DNA from: Eledone cirrhosa
Lineage: Eukaryota
Direction: 5' to 3'
Length of the DNA: 64,000 bases
Assembly: GCA_964016885.1 (NCBI GenBank)
Contig: OZ024741.1
Coordinates: forward strand, 355,818,001 to 355,882,000
Notes under the pieces: model-generated
The model's input: the letters and a program-made list of their open reading frames with translations, nothing else
What the model was told of the DNA's origin: nothing
The model's database searches: none
Translations under genes and position numbers: made by a program
Part shown: positions 1 through 11,945 of the stretch, piece after piece
Layout: every line of letters begins with the position of its first letter
Position numbering within the stretch: the stretch's first letter is position 1

Positions 1-3000
1 TGTGGGTCGAAGGGTCTTTTTCCTGCAGAAGACAGCGAAGAAGGCCCCTCTCCTTCCAATACCTGGTCCGCTGCTACCAAGAGCAGGGCAGGCAACAAAC
101 GAAGAAGCCCCTTCCATGGTGAGTAGGAGGGCAATGTCCGTAGCACCCGTACCAAGGCCACGGACAACTAAAGCAGCATCATCAGTTGCGACAACACCAA
201 GAGCTACATTTGAAGTAGCTACACCAGCAACAAAATTGCCGAAGAGGGCTCCACTACCACCACCAACAGCCGTGGAGCACATACCCCTCCCAGTCGCCAC
301 AGAATCCGACATGGAGTTTGTGGCGGGAGTGAAGTGGCAAACGGTCTGCCACAAAAAAGAAAAAAGAAAAAAAACCCTTAGATTCACCCTCCAAAAGCGA
401 AGGCATACAAAGAGGGGTAAAGGCAGCAAGGAAACTTGCAGCAACACCACCACCACCATCATGACCACAAACACCAACAACGCAAACACAACAAGACACA
501 CACACCAAACAGCAACAAGAAGAAAACAGCAACAAAATCACCCCTCCCGCCAAAAAGTACACAGCCATAAACATCGCAAAAAAAGAACTCATACAATATA
601 TAATGCAGCACACAACAATCACAGAAAAAAACTACTACACCCCACCAACACCAAGAACTCTCCCGACAAACATAAGCATCATCGAAATCTCAATAGTACA
701 AACCTTTAAAACAAAAATTCCCCAACGCAGTTGAAGACCTCAGAGGGTCGGTTACCAAGAGGATATACATTGACATCCTCTTGGAAACACCCATGACCAG
801 CCAAAGGGACGGTTCTACTGTCCCTTCACCACACGAACAAGGTAAGTGACCCTTTCTCACTTGCCCCCTTTCTCATCCAACATGGTTGTACTCAGAATAG
901 GCAGTATAAATGCACGTGGCCTGGGGTCATCTTGGAAGCAGGGTCACCTGCTCAATGACCTCAGGTCACTAAACATAGATGTGGTGGCCATCAGTGAAAC
1001 CAGAATCTCCGAAGCACAAGCCTCCGCACCGATCTTCGGCGGCTACGATGTATACGCATCTCCCAGCCGTCCAGCATCGGAGGTGGAGTTGCCGTCCTTT
1101 TTCGGAGAGGCTTGGATCTCGCGATACGGGCCATCTTCCTGGACCCAGAAGGTAAGTCGGTGGTGCTGGACGTGACCGGCAGAGAAGGCAATGCTTTCAG
1201 GCAGGAGGCTGTCTACGCTCCAACAGGGGCAAGACGGCCAGATTTCTTCAGACATCTAGAGACCTTTCTTGGAACGTCCCGCTCTTTAGTGTTAGTGGGC
1301 GACTGGAACGGTATCTTGGATGCGCGCTGGGATCGTGTGGGGCTAGTGGATAGGGGAGGAGGGTGCAAGAGCCTCACCAACCTGCTCAGACGTTTTGAAC
1401 TGTCTGACAGGTATCGACTGGATCACCCGAATGTGCCAATGTGGACATGGACAAACCGTATCGGGTCATCCAGATTGTATCTCGATAGGGTATTCTGCAG
1501 AGAACTAGATAAGGCTAGTATAAGTTGTCCACAATTTAAAATAGTCGACTACACAGACCACACATTTGTGATCTGTGAGATCGACATAGACAGACTTCAT
1601 AGACAAGGGCCTGGTTACTGGAAGCTGAACGCGTCTTTCCCGGCGCGCAAGGCCTACAGAGACCGGATTAGCGTATAAGTTAAGCGGGGGTTGACGGGAG
1701 AGGTTGTCAACCACAGGTGGTGGTTCGCCCTGAAAAGGGCAATTAAAGTAGAATCGATTAGGTTTAGCAAAGGAGTAGTGATAGAGGAAAATAGAGTAGA
1801 GGGAGAGCTAGTCAGAAAGCTAGAAGAGACGTTTAGGACCGGCATCGCAACCGGCGTGCTTGCGGCGAGATTGGCACTCGACCAATTCTTCAACGCAAAA
1901 CACGAAGGCTGCGGTGTCAGAGCTAGAGCGCGTGCTCTGAAACACGAGGGGACAAAAGCCGTCCAATGGGCCCGGGTGGCAGAGGTGCGACGTGGCAACA
2001 AAGCCACAATTCGGTCTTTGTCTGACCAAAACGGGTGCGTGATGCTCGAAACCGAGCGGATGTGTGAAGCTTTTCAGCAGCATTTTGCTGACTGTTCGGG
2101 AGCGGCGGCGGCCCGGTTCTGGGCATGGACTTCAGTGCATACCTTGACGGACTGCCTAAGCTCTCGACGACCGAAGCACAGTGTTGCGAAAAGCCAATAA
2201 CAGCCAGTGAAATACGGGAAGCGATGTCTAACTGCACAAAGGGTAAATCGCCAGGTTTAGATGGTCTGCCCTACGAGCTTTATGCATTTTTGCCAGACTT
2301 GTTCGGTGACCTCTTGGCAGACTTCTACTGCAACTGGCAGCAGAACGGGAGCAATCCCAGTTTTGTGAGCCGGGGAGTAGTGGCGCTGCTGAGAAAAGAC
2401 CCGAACAAGGGGGATGTTATCGATAATTTCAGGCCCATAACCCTGCTAAACGCAGAGTTCAAGATTTTGGCCAAGGTGTTAGCAACGAGGTTGGCGCTTG
2501 TCGTCAAGGGTCTGGTGGGAGAGGCGCAGATATGCGCCATTCCGGACAGATCCATACATAACAACCTCCACCTCATGCGATACATCATAGAGAGGGTGGT
2601 TAAGGAACCTGGCAAGGGTGGGGCCCTGATCAACTTGGATCAATCCAAAGCATTCGATAGGGTCGAACATCGGTACCTGGCGGCGGTCGTCGAGGCAGCC
2701 GGTTTCGGGCCCGTTTTCAGGGGTTGGATCGCAGCAATGTACAGCGACATCTGCTCAGTTGTGAGGGTGAACGGTCACCTGTCGCAGCCGTTCAGCATCA
2801 TGTACTCAGTCCGCCAGGGTTGGCCCCTCTCGTCCCTCTTGTACGTATTGGCTCTCGAGCCGTTACTGCACAAACTGGGGGCGATGAGGGGCGTCCCACG
2901 CGAACTAGGATGCAGGAAATCCGAGTCGGCTTACGCTAACGACGTCACAGTGGTGGTGTCGAGCACCAGACACGTCCAGATGCTCGGCACCGCTCTCAAG

Positions 3001-4610
3001 GAATACGAAGCGGTGACAGGAGCAAAGATAAACCAGGAAAAGTCGGTGGGCTTGCAGCTAGGCACCCGGAGTGGCAAGTCCATGCCGTCCAGCAGCGTCG
3101 TGGGGCGTTGGACGGACGGACCGGTTAAATTGCTCGGGGTCTGGTTCGGACCGGACCTCCAGATGGAGAAAAACTGGAACGAGGTGACGAGCAGGGTGGC
3201 CTCCCTCACCCAGAAATGGGCCGAGAGGAAGCTGTCCCTGAAAGGCCGGGCGGAGGTGGCGAATGTGTACATCGCATCCGTCATCTGCTACCACCTCACA
3301 GTCGTCCCTTGCCCCGGCTCAACTCTCACCAAAATGGAGCGCCTCCTTTTCCGCTTTTTGTGGAAGGGACGCGCTCCCATGTTCAGACGATCCATCTGCT
3401 GTCAACACCCGCTGCGTGTAGGACTGGGCATGCCATGGCTGATGATGCGCAAACATGTGCTGAGGCTGCGACATCTCTGGTGCTTCCTTGATGGTGAACG
3501 GGTGTGGACACCGTTCGCCAGGCACGCTTTCCCACAGCTCGTCTCCTTGACGGAGCTGCAGTCCTGAGTCAGAAAAAGACCGAGGGATAGCGCCTGGAAA
3601 CTGGAATGTCTCCAGGCGCTCACTGCCCTCTCCCAGCTGGGCACCAGTATCGGTGGAACATCCACCTCGGCGTTCTATAGAGGACTAGTGGAGGGGAAGA
3701 GCGACGACATTCTCGGAGAGATCCTGGGCGTCGAAGAACATCAGCTGTTTGCTCTCTTCCGGAGAACTTTCAGCCCGGGGCCTATGGATAACTTTCAAAA
3801 ATCCCTGGCCTGGCAGTGCTACCGTGGAGCGTTGCCGGTTCGAGATAAGCTCTACAGGCACGGAAGTGCCGTCAGCCGAGCCTGTCCGAGATGCGCGCAT
3901 AGCGACGAAACCGTTGTGCACGCACTCGTTCAGTGCCCGAGCATTGCTGACTTGTGGAGCTATGTCGAACAGTTGCTGTCGCGTGTGGGACTGATCCGGT
4001 TGTCGACTGAGTCCATTGTGCAGATGGTCTCGCCGTCTTCCTTCGAGGAGGAAGGGCAGCTGGTTTTCATCTGCCTGGTGGCCATGGCGAAAGAGATTGT
4101 GTGGTGGACAAGGTTAAAAGGGTTAAAGACAGACACTTTCCTCTTCGGCGAATCCCTAATTAACTTTTTCAAGTTTCACTTAAAGAGGAAAATCAGAGTG
4201 GAGAGGCAAGTGCTGCTTTCTAGCAAGTTTATTGAAAGGTGGGTGAATGTAGCGAGAATGGTCCGAGTGAACGGGACCACTCTGAATATACGTCTGTAGT
4301 TTGAGAGATGGAAAAATTGAGAGAGGGCGCTTGCCCTGGTGGTCAGGGTGGCTGTGGTCTTTTGTGTGGTTTTCGCCACGAGTAACCCTCGGAGGTTTCC
4401 CCCCTATTGGGGAATTTTTCATTGTTTCAATTTTCATTTTTATTGTTTATATATATATATATATATGTTTCTATGTCCTTTTTTTTTTTTTTCTTATATA
4501 AATAATAAAAATATTTACACGCACAAAACCCACATCGTACCGTCCTGTACCGTCCTGTGCCGTCTGTAATGTTTTTCTTGATGTCAGCCCTTGTTGCCAA
4601 TAAAGAAATC
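1..4610 (+). mobile_element. Tx1/L1-clade non-LTR retrotransposon (copy A1); 5' end lies outside the window; degenerate
   Basis: The ORF1 tail is followed by ORF2 fragments with an APE domain (GSINARGL, VAISET, LVGDWN, YLDRVF, TDH, GPGYWKLN), RT (KSPGLDG, FRPITLLN, LDQSKAFD, RQG, YAND) and C-terminal CPRC..ET..H..C. The 3'UTR ends AATAAAGAAA followed by (TTA)n. Confidence 0.92.
882..4299 (+). pseudogene. Tx1 ORF2 (APE endonuclease-RT-zinc finger) with frameshifts and stops
   Basis: ATG at 882 in CCAACATG context. Split over ORFs 846-1175, 1112-1678, 1691-2200, 2125-3567 and 3688-4299. YADD is mutated to YAND. Confidence 0.9.
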
Positions 4611-4633
4611 ATTTTTATAATTATTATTATTAT
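4611..4633. repeat. (TTA)n tract at the tail-to-tail Tx1/Dong junction
   Basis: atttttataattattattattatt. Confidence 0.85.
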
Positions 4634-5741
4634 TCTTTGAGTCTCAGTCATTGATGTTAGTTAACTGGAAAGTTTGTTGAAATGAATATCAAGCCACTAC
4701 CTGCAGCCTCAGATATTCAGGACGTATCGGAGGGTTCTTGCTGTTCCCAGCAAGCATGCCTTTTGAAGCGTTCCAAAAAGCGTGGCGGGGCCAATTTTCT
4801 TTAACCATCCCTGGAAACTTTTTGAGATAGTACCTAGTGCGCCTATGGCAATCGGGACCACTTTGACTTCATGGCATCCTTTTTACCTCCCACTTTAAGT
4901 CCTGGTATCGGTTAATTTTCTCCCTCTCCTTCTCTTGCACACTCGTGTCGAATGGGCAGGCCACATCCACAATCAGGCACGATCTTTTTTCTTTGTCCAA
5001 ACCACCAGGTCAGGTCTATTGTGTTCCAGTTTCTTGTCCGTCTGTATCCTAAAATCCCACAGCACCTTCACCTGATCGTTTTCTATCACCAACTCTGGCT
5101 TATGTCATACCACTTCTCAGAATGTGGTAAATTGTTTACTTTGCATAGGTGCCAGTGGATCACCCTGCCCATCACATCATGTCTCCAGCCCTTATAGTGA
5201 GTCTGGGCTAGGTGTTTACACTCGGATACAATGTGAGCCACAGTCTCCTCTCTCTCTCCACAGATCCTGCACAGTGGGCTTGCCTCCTCCTTGTAAATAT
5301 GGTGGTTCAACCACTTCGTTTTGAGGGCCTGCTCCTGCGCAGCCATTAACATTCCTTCTGTAGCCTTTTTAAGGTCTCCTCTTCTCAACCAGTTCCATGT
5401 CTGTGGATCTCTAAATTCAGTTTTCTCAAAGAAGGTACTATGAAGGGATTTTTCCTGAAGGCTGCTCTTTCTCCTTGATGTTATTTCCTCCTTGGACATC
5501 CCTTGGCCTATTGTCCCCTCCTTCAGTACAGTTCTGAGCATTGGCTCCTTACTATCAGTCACGTATTTGTGTAGGTTGTTTTTCTCCATCTGAACACAGT
5601 CCTCTATGCTGATAAGACTTCTTCCACCTTCAGATCTCCTTAAGTAGAGTCTATCGACATCACTCCTCTTGTGGAACATGTTGTAGATAGTCAATAGCTT
5701 CCTAGTCTTCCTATCCATTTCTTTTTGTTCAGCAACATTCC
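4634..5741 (-). mobile_element. R4/Dong-type RLE LINE family 1, 5'-truncated copy (a)
   Basis: ORF 5086-5778 contains CRICGEREETVAHIVSEC and RHD. Colinear with the 3' end of 19776-24297 apart from small deletions. (TAA)n on both sides. Confidence 0.9.
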
Positions 5742-5760
5742 TTATTATTATTGTTATTAC

Positions 5761-8700
5761 TCTTTGAGTCTCAGTCATTGATGTTAGTTAACTGGAAAGT
5801 TTGTTGAAATGAATATCAAGCCACTACCTGCAGCCTCAGATATTCAGGACGTATCGGAGGGTTCTTGCTGTTCCCAGCAAGCATGCCTTTTGAAGCGTTC
5901 CAAAAAGCGTGGCGGGGCCAATTTTCTTTAACCATCCCTGGAAACTTTTTGAGATAGTACCTAGTGCGCCTATGACAATCGGGACCACTTTGACTTCATG
6001 GCAGTTCCAAATCCTTTTTACCTCCCACTTTAAGTCCTGGTATCGGTTAATTTTCTCCCTCTCCTTCTCTTGCACTCTCGTGTCGAATGGGCAGGCCACA
6101 TCCACAATCAGGCACGATCTTTTTTCTTTGTCCACAACCACCAGGTCAGGTCTATTGTGTTCCAGTTTCTTGTCCGTCTGTATCCTAAAATCCCACAGTA
6201 CCTTCACCTGATCGTTTCCTATCACCGCCTCTGGCTTATGCTCATACCACTTCTCAGAATGTGGTAAATTGTTTACTTTGCTTAGGTGCCAGTGGATCAC
6301 CCTGCCCATCACATCATGTCTCCAGCCCTTATAGTGAGTCTAGGTGTTTACACTCGGATACAATGTGAGCCACAGTCTCCTCTCTCTCTCCACAGATCCT
6401 GCACAGTGGGCTAGCCTCCTCCTTGTAAATGTGGTGTTTCAACCACTTCGTTTTGAGGGCCTGCTCCTGCGCAGCCATTAACATTCCTTCTGTAGCCTTT
6501 TTAAGGTCTCCTCTTTTCAACCAGTTCCATGTCTGTGGATCTCTAAATTCAGTTTTCTCAAAGAAGGTACTATGAAGGGATTTTTCCTGAAGGCTGCTCT
6601 TTCTCCTTGATGTTATTTCCTCCTTGGACATCCCCTGGCCTATTGTCCCCTCCTTCAGTACAGTTCTGAGCATTGGCTCATTACTATCAGTCACGTATTT
6701 GTGTAGGTTGTTTTTCTCCATCTGAACACAGTCCTCTATGCTGATAAGACCTCTTCCACCCTCAGATCTCCTTAAGTAGAGTCTATCGACATCACTCCTC
6801 TTGTGGAACATATTGTAGATAGTAAATAGCTTCCTAGTCTTCCTATCCATTTCTTTTTGTTCAGCAACATTCCATCTCAGAATTCCCGCACTGTACCTAA
6901 TAATAGACACAGCTCGGGAATTTACGGCACTTATGGCATTCCAACTGTTCAGATGTGACTTTAATACGCTCCTTACTCTTCGAAGGTATTCAGTTCTTAT
7001 CAATTCCTTCATTTTTTTGTTCTTGATGTCATCAGCCTCTAGAACGCCCAAATACTTGTATCCTTCCTCAGAGTCAATTTCCTTTATCATCTCACCTGTT
7101 GGTATATGGATTCCGTTACTTCTGCTCAACTTACCCCTCCTCATCAGAATGACTCCACACTTACTAATACCAAATTGCATACATATATCATTGCTGAAAA
7201 TACTGACAGTGTCAACAAGCACATCCAACTCCTTCTCACTCTCCCCTAAGAGCTTAAGATCGTCCATGAAGAGGAGGTGATTGATGGTAAGCCCTCCCTT
7301 TCCCAACCTGTATCCTGCTCTCACTTTTCGCAGTACACTGGTCAGGGGCATCAGGGCAAGGACAAACAACAAAGGGGACAGACTATCTCCCTGGAAGATA
7401 GCTCTCTTGATCTTCACGCCTCCCAAGGATTCTCCAGTTGATGTTAACTCTGTTTCTTAGGACTTCATACTTTTGCCCAACAACTGTCTGATGTTATCTG
7501 CTACCTTGAAGATCTCCAGGCTTTTGGAGATCCAAGAATGAGGCACCATGTTAAATGCCTTTTTGTAGTTTATCCATCCCATGGCAAAACCAGTGTGTCT
7601 CCTCTTGTAATTCCTCATTACCATCTTATCAATAAGTAACTAGTCCTTTGTACCACGTGACTTCTTTCGGCATCCTTTCTGTTCGTTCGGTAACAAGTTG
7701 TTTGTGTGGAGGTGATGGTAGATTTCCTCAGTCATAATGCTTGTCAACAGTTTCCACATTACGGACAGACATGTGATAGGTCTATAGTTGGTAACATCAT
7801 TACCCTTGATTCGGTCTTTCATTATCAGAACTGTGGTACCTTTTATCAACCACTCTGGTACCTCACCTGACATCAAGCAGCCATTGAACATGGTTGTCAG
7901 TTTCGGGTGGAGGGATGTTATGTTTTTAATCCAATACCCCTGCACACCATCTGGGCCAGGTGATTTCCAGTTGGTTAGTTTTTGGCCTGCCCCTTAAGAG
8001 TTTCAACTGTGATACTCAAATCAGTTTGTTGATGTGCCTGTTCACTGATCTCCTTCTGTACTGTCTCAATCCACACTGCCTGGTCATTATGTTTAACATC
8101 CTGCTCCCATATTCCTCTCCAGAATGTTTTAGTTTGTTCCGCCTCAGGGATCAAGTCGTTGCCTCTTCAAGCTGTCCAAACAGCATCTACTGGTTGTTGT
8201 CGAACATGCGGTTCTGTCTATACTGACTGACTCTGTTCTCGTATCGCCTGATTTTTGCACTCTTTGCTACAATGCGTTGCTTCAGTTCCTCTATGATAAT
8301 ATTTATCTTTTTCCTCCTAGTTTTGTACTTTATTTCCAGTCTATTTTTAGTATCTATGTTTTTTAGTGTCCCATTCAGTAGGGACTCAAGCTTTCCAATG
8401 TCATTTCTCATTTCCCTGATTTGACCACTCAGTCGTTTCTTCCACCAAGGCTCTGCTCTTTCTTGTCTGTTGTTTCCTCTCGCTTTTATACCAAGTAGTT
8501 TCCTCACCGTATTTGCTGTTGCTTTGAGGATATTGTTGCACTGGTAAAGGCTCCTCGCCTCAAGGTATGGGATGACTTTGTTTACCTTAGCTGTTGTTTC
8601 TTTTAACTTTTCCTGTCTACAAATCTTAGGTTCATAGGTCTCCCACTATCATTGTTCAATTCATCTACCACTAAGTTTAGGATATCAACCAAATCTTGTC

Positions 8701-8808
8701 CTAGCCTGCGAGCATTCATCTCCTCAGTGGCCGCATCTCTGTTCCAGGTATTATTTATCTCAGCATTCAGATCATTGTCTGCTTCGGGTGGTTCCTCCGT
8801 TCTCTCGA
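5761..8808 (-). mobile_element. R4/Dong-type family 1, 5'-truncated degenerate copy (b)
   Basis: ORFs 5836-6312 (PD..D..CP..K RLE), 6329-7426 (FQGDSLSP, FMDD), 7640-7945 and 8187-8507. Flanked by (TTA)n at 5742-5760 and 8811-8856. Confidence 0.92.
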
Positions 8809-8822
8809 CCTTATTATTATTA

Positions 8823-8856
<34 letters not shown>

Positions 8857-8857
<1 letters not shown>

Positions 8858-11800
8858 GTTGCATTTATCTTGCTTTATGTTCATACGAGTCATCACCAAG
8901 TCACAACCAGTGACCTCAAGAGACAACAAGGTCCGCCATGTTCAAGAAAGAACATACATACTCACATATGCATCTTTAGTGTTTAGACTTTTGATGTACT
9001 TATATTGACAGAATCTTCCTTAGTATATGGGCAGTTCCCATTAGTACTATCTTTTGTATTTCTCCTATACGCGGGTTTCCTGGGATTTGCGATAAGTAAT
9101 CATTATACCCCTTAGGTATCATTCCCAGAGCGCCTACAACCACTGGTATTGTTTTAGTTCTCAATTTCCACATTTTTCCAATTTCTATCTCCAGGTCCTT
9201 ATACTTGCTCAATTTTTCAAATGTTTTTATCGATACATTCTTGTCTATTGGAACGGACATATCAATTAGCAGGCATACCCTCTTTTTAAAGTCCTTCAAT
9301 ATTATATCAGGTCTATTTGCATCTATTTTTCGGTCTCTTTGGATGCTAAAGTTCCACAAGATTGAGATGTGATCTTTTTCTTTTTCAAGTATGGGAGGTG
9401 GTTGATGCTCCCACCAATTCTTTTGACGGGGCAGGTCAAAATGCTTACACATTATCCAATGTATGTATTGTGCAGCTCTGTCATGCCTGTTTAGGTATTC
9501 GGTTGGAGCTATAGGACTGCACATTGAAATTATATGGTCAATGGTCTCTGGTTGTTTTTTGCATACACGGCATAATGGGCTGCATCTATTTTTTATTATG
9601 TTGGCTTGGTAATTTTTTGTTGGCAGACACTGATATTGTGCTGATATAATCAGTCCTTCAGTCTCCGATTTCAGTCCAGAGAATGCCAACCACTGATGGG
9701 TTAAAGTTTTGTCAACATCAGGATTGTTAGCTCGTTCTGGGTATTTTCCATACAGAGGCTTTTCTTGCCATTTCTTAGCCAGTTTCTGTAGCAGTTCTTT
9801 CTTTGCAGTTACTTTTACCTGCTTTGCTTTTTCTGTGTTTTCCATTTCAGCAGTAAATGGGACTTCTGAAATTTGTAGTCCATTACTGTATCTTTGTGCA
9901 TCTTTTGTAATGGAATATGATCTTTTGATGCTTTCGTGTTTCAAAACGAGTTTGATCATCCAATCATGTGATTCCCTTAGATATGTAGATAATCCAATTG
10001 TTGCAGTTTTCAACACAATGTCTAACTGGATTAACCCACGTCCTCCTTCTTTCCTAGGGAGATATATTCTAACTATATCTGCCTTAGGGTGATGCATTCT
10101 GTGCATGGTTAAGAATTTTCGAATTTTTCTATCGAGCCTACGGATCTCTGTGCTTGACCAGTTGATGACATTGTAACTGTAGGTTACTACTGGTATGGCA
10201 AGCGTGTTTATGGCATCGATCCTATTCCTTGCATTCAATTCCGTTCTTAAGATTGCTCTTACTCTGCGGTAACATTCCTTCCTTATCCTTTCCCTCATTG
10301 TCGAGTGCTTGATTCCGTCTCCTTCACAAACACCTAGATATTTGTAAGTTTCCTCTTGGTCAAGTTCTCTTATCACATTCCCTCGATCAAGATTAATGTC
10401 TGAACTTTTCAGCAGCTTTCCTCTGGTGAACGTTGCTTTAGCGCATTTATCTAGTCCAAACTCCATTTTAATGTCACCACTGAACTGCTCCACAGTGGAT
10501 AATAGCCCTTGCAATTGTTCATCATTTTTTTGCAAATAGTTTCAGGTCATCCATGTAGAACAAGTGATTAATGGTTTTGTCGTAGACTTTATATCCATGT
10601 TTTGTTTCATTGAGCATTTTACTTAATGGTATAAGTGCGATGCAGAATAAAAGCGGTGATAAAGAGTCACCCTGAAAAATTCCACAATTAATATTAACTT
10701 CTCCAGCTTCCAGTGATTTTGCTTCACTCTTCAAAAGGAGTGTCGTTTTCCATGTCTTCATACTGTATGACAAAAACCTCCTGACAACGGGGGATATTTT
10801 GAAAATCTCTAAACATTTTTCAATCCAACTGTGTGGCAAACTATCGAATGCTTTTTTATAATCTATCCAAGCAATTGATAGATTTTTGTGTCTATTATGA
10901 CAATCTTCCAGTATCATTTTGTTAACCAAAAGCTGATCCTTACAGCCATATGAGCCTCGTTTACACCCTTTCTGCTCAATGGGAAATAGGTCATTTGTTA
11001 TCAGGTGGTCATATGTATATTCAGTTAGGACTGATGTTAAAATGTTATACATTGTGGTGAAGCAAGTTATCGGTCTGTAATTTTTGGGATTGTTTGTCTC
11101 ATCATTCTTCGGAAGCAGGAATGTAATGCCGTTAACTAGCCATGATGGTATCTTTTCTGGCTCCTTAACTATTTCATTGTAAATTTGGGCTAACAGCTCA
11201 TGAGACTCTGTGAAGGCATTTATCCAAAAATGTTGTATTTTGTCTTTTCCTGGGGATTTCCATTTGCTGGTTTTTCTTAGAGCCAAGCGCAACTGTTCAA
11301 CTGTTATATTTTCCCATATTTGTTCTTCAAGGTGAGCTGTATCTTTCATTTGTCTGTCAATCCATGGGGCATGTATGTTATGAACTTTTCTTCGGCCCAG
11401 ATCTTTTCCCAGAATTCTTGCACTTCCTCCTTGGGTGGTATTGATTTAGCAGTTATTGTTGACTTACCAATTTTTCTGTAGAAGTTTCTTTGGTTGTTTT
11501 TGAACATATTATTGTCCTTATAGAATCTAAATCGTTTTTCAAAGCGCCTGATACGAGCAGCTTTGGCCGACACTTTTTGCTTGATTATTTCTATCAGCAT
11601 GTCTATGTCACTTGTTGATTTTTTACTGTACTTTCTTTTCAATTTTCTAAGTTTAGTTTGTTTAACATGTTCACATACTTTATAGTTTGTTAAAATTTCT
11701 ATGTCAGATCGGAGAAGGTTTATTTGGCGATTGATGTTCTCTTGCTAAGTAGATTTCTTGTGGGAATTCCTTTGTTTTTTCATCTTCACTCCACATAAGT

Positions 11801-11945
11801 GAGTGGTGACTTTAGCCGATGCATAATAGAGATGATTTAAATCAGTAATGTTTAGTTTGTTTGTGATGATAATGTTTTTGAGAATTATGTTAGTCTTGTG
11901 TATTATCTTTTGGTTCTGTTTGGAGTTCTGGATCTTAGGGAGGGT
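8857..11945 (-). mobile_element. R4/Dong-type RLE LINE family 2 (diverged from family 1), lacking its own 5' end
   Basis: ORFs 9000-10535 (CRVCKKQPETIDHIISMC, RHD, NRPDI..D..K), 10522-11349 (YRPI, FQGDSLSP, FYMDD) and 11346-11642. About 140 bp of 3'UTR ends in (TAA)n. Confidence 0.9.

Noticed and set aside
2325-3284. Antisense ORFs recurring in each Tx1 or Dong copy (e.g. MIRAPP.., MTDAM..)
   Set aside because: These are shadows of the conserved sense RT frame.
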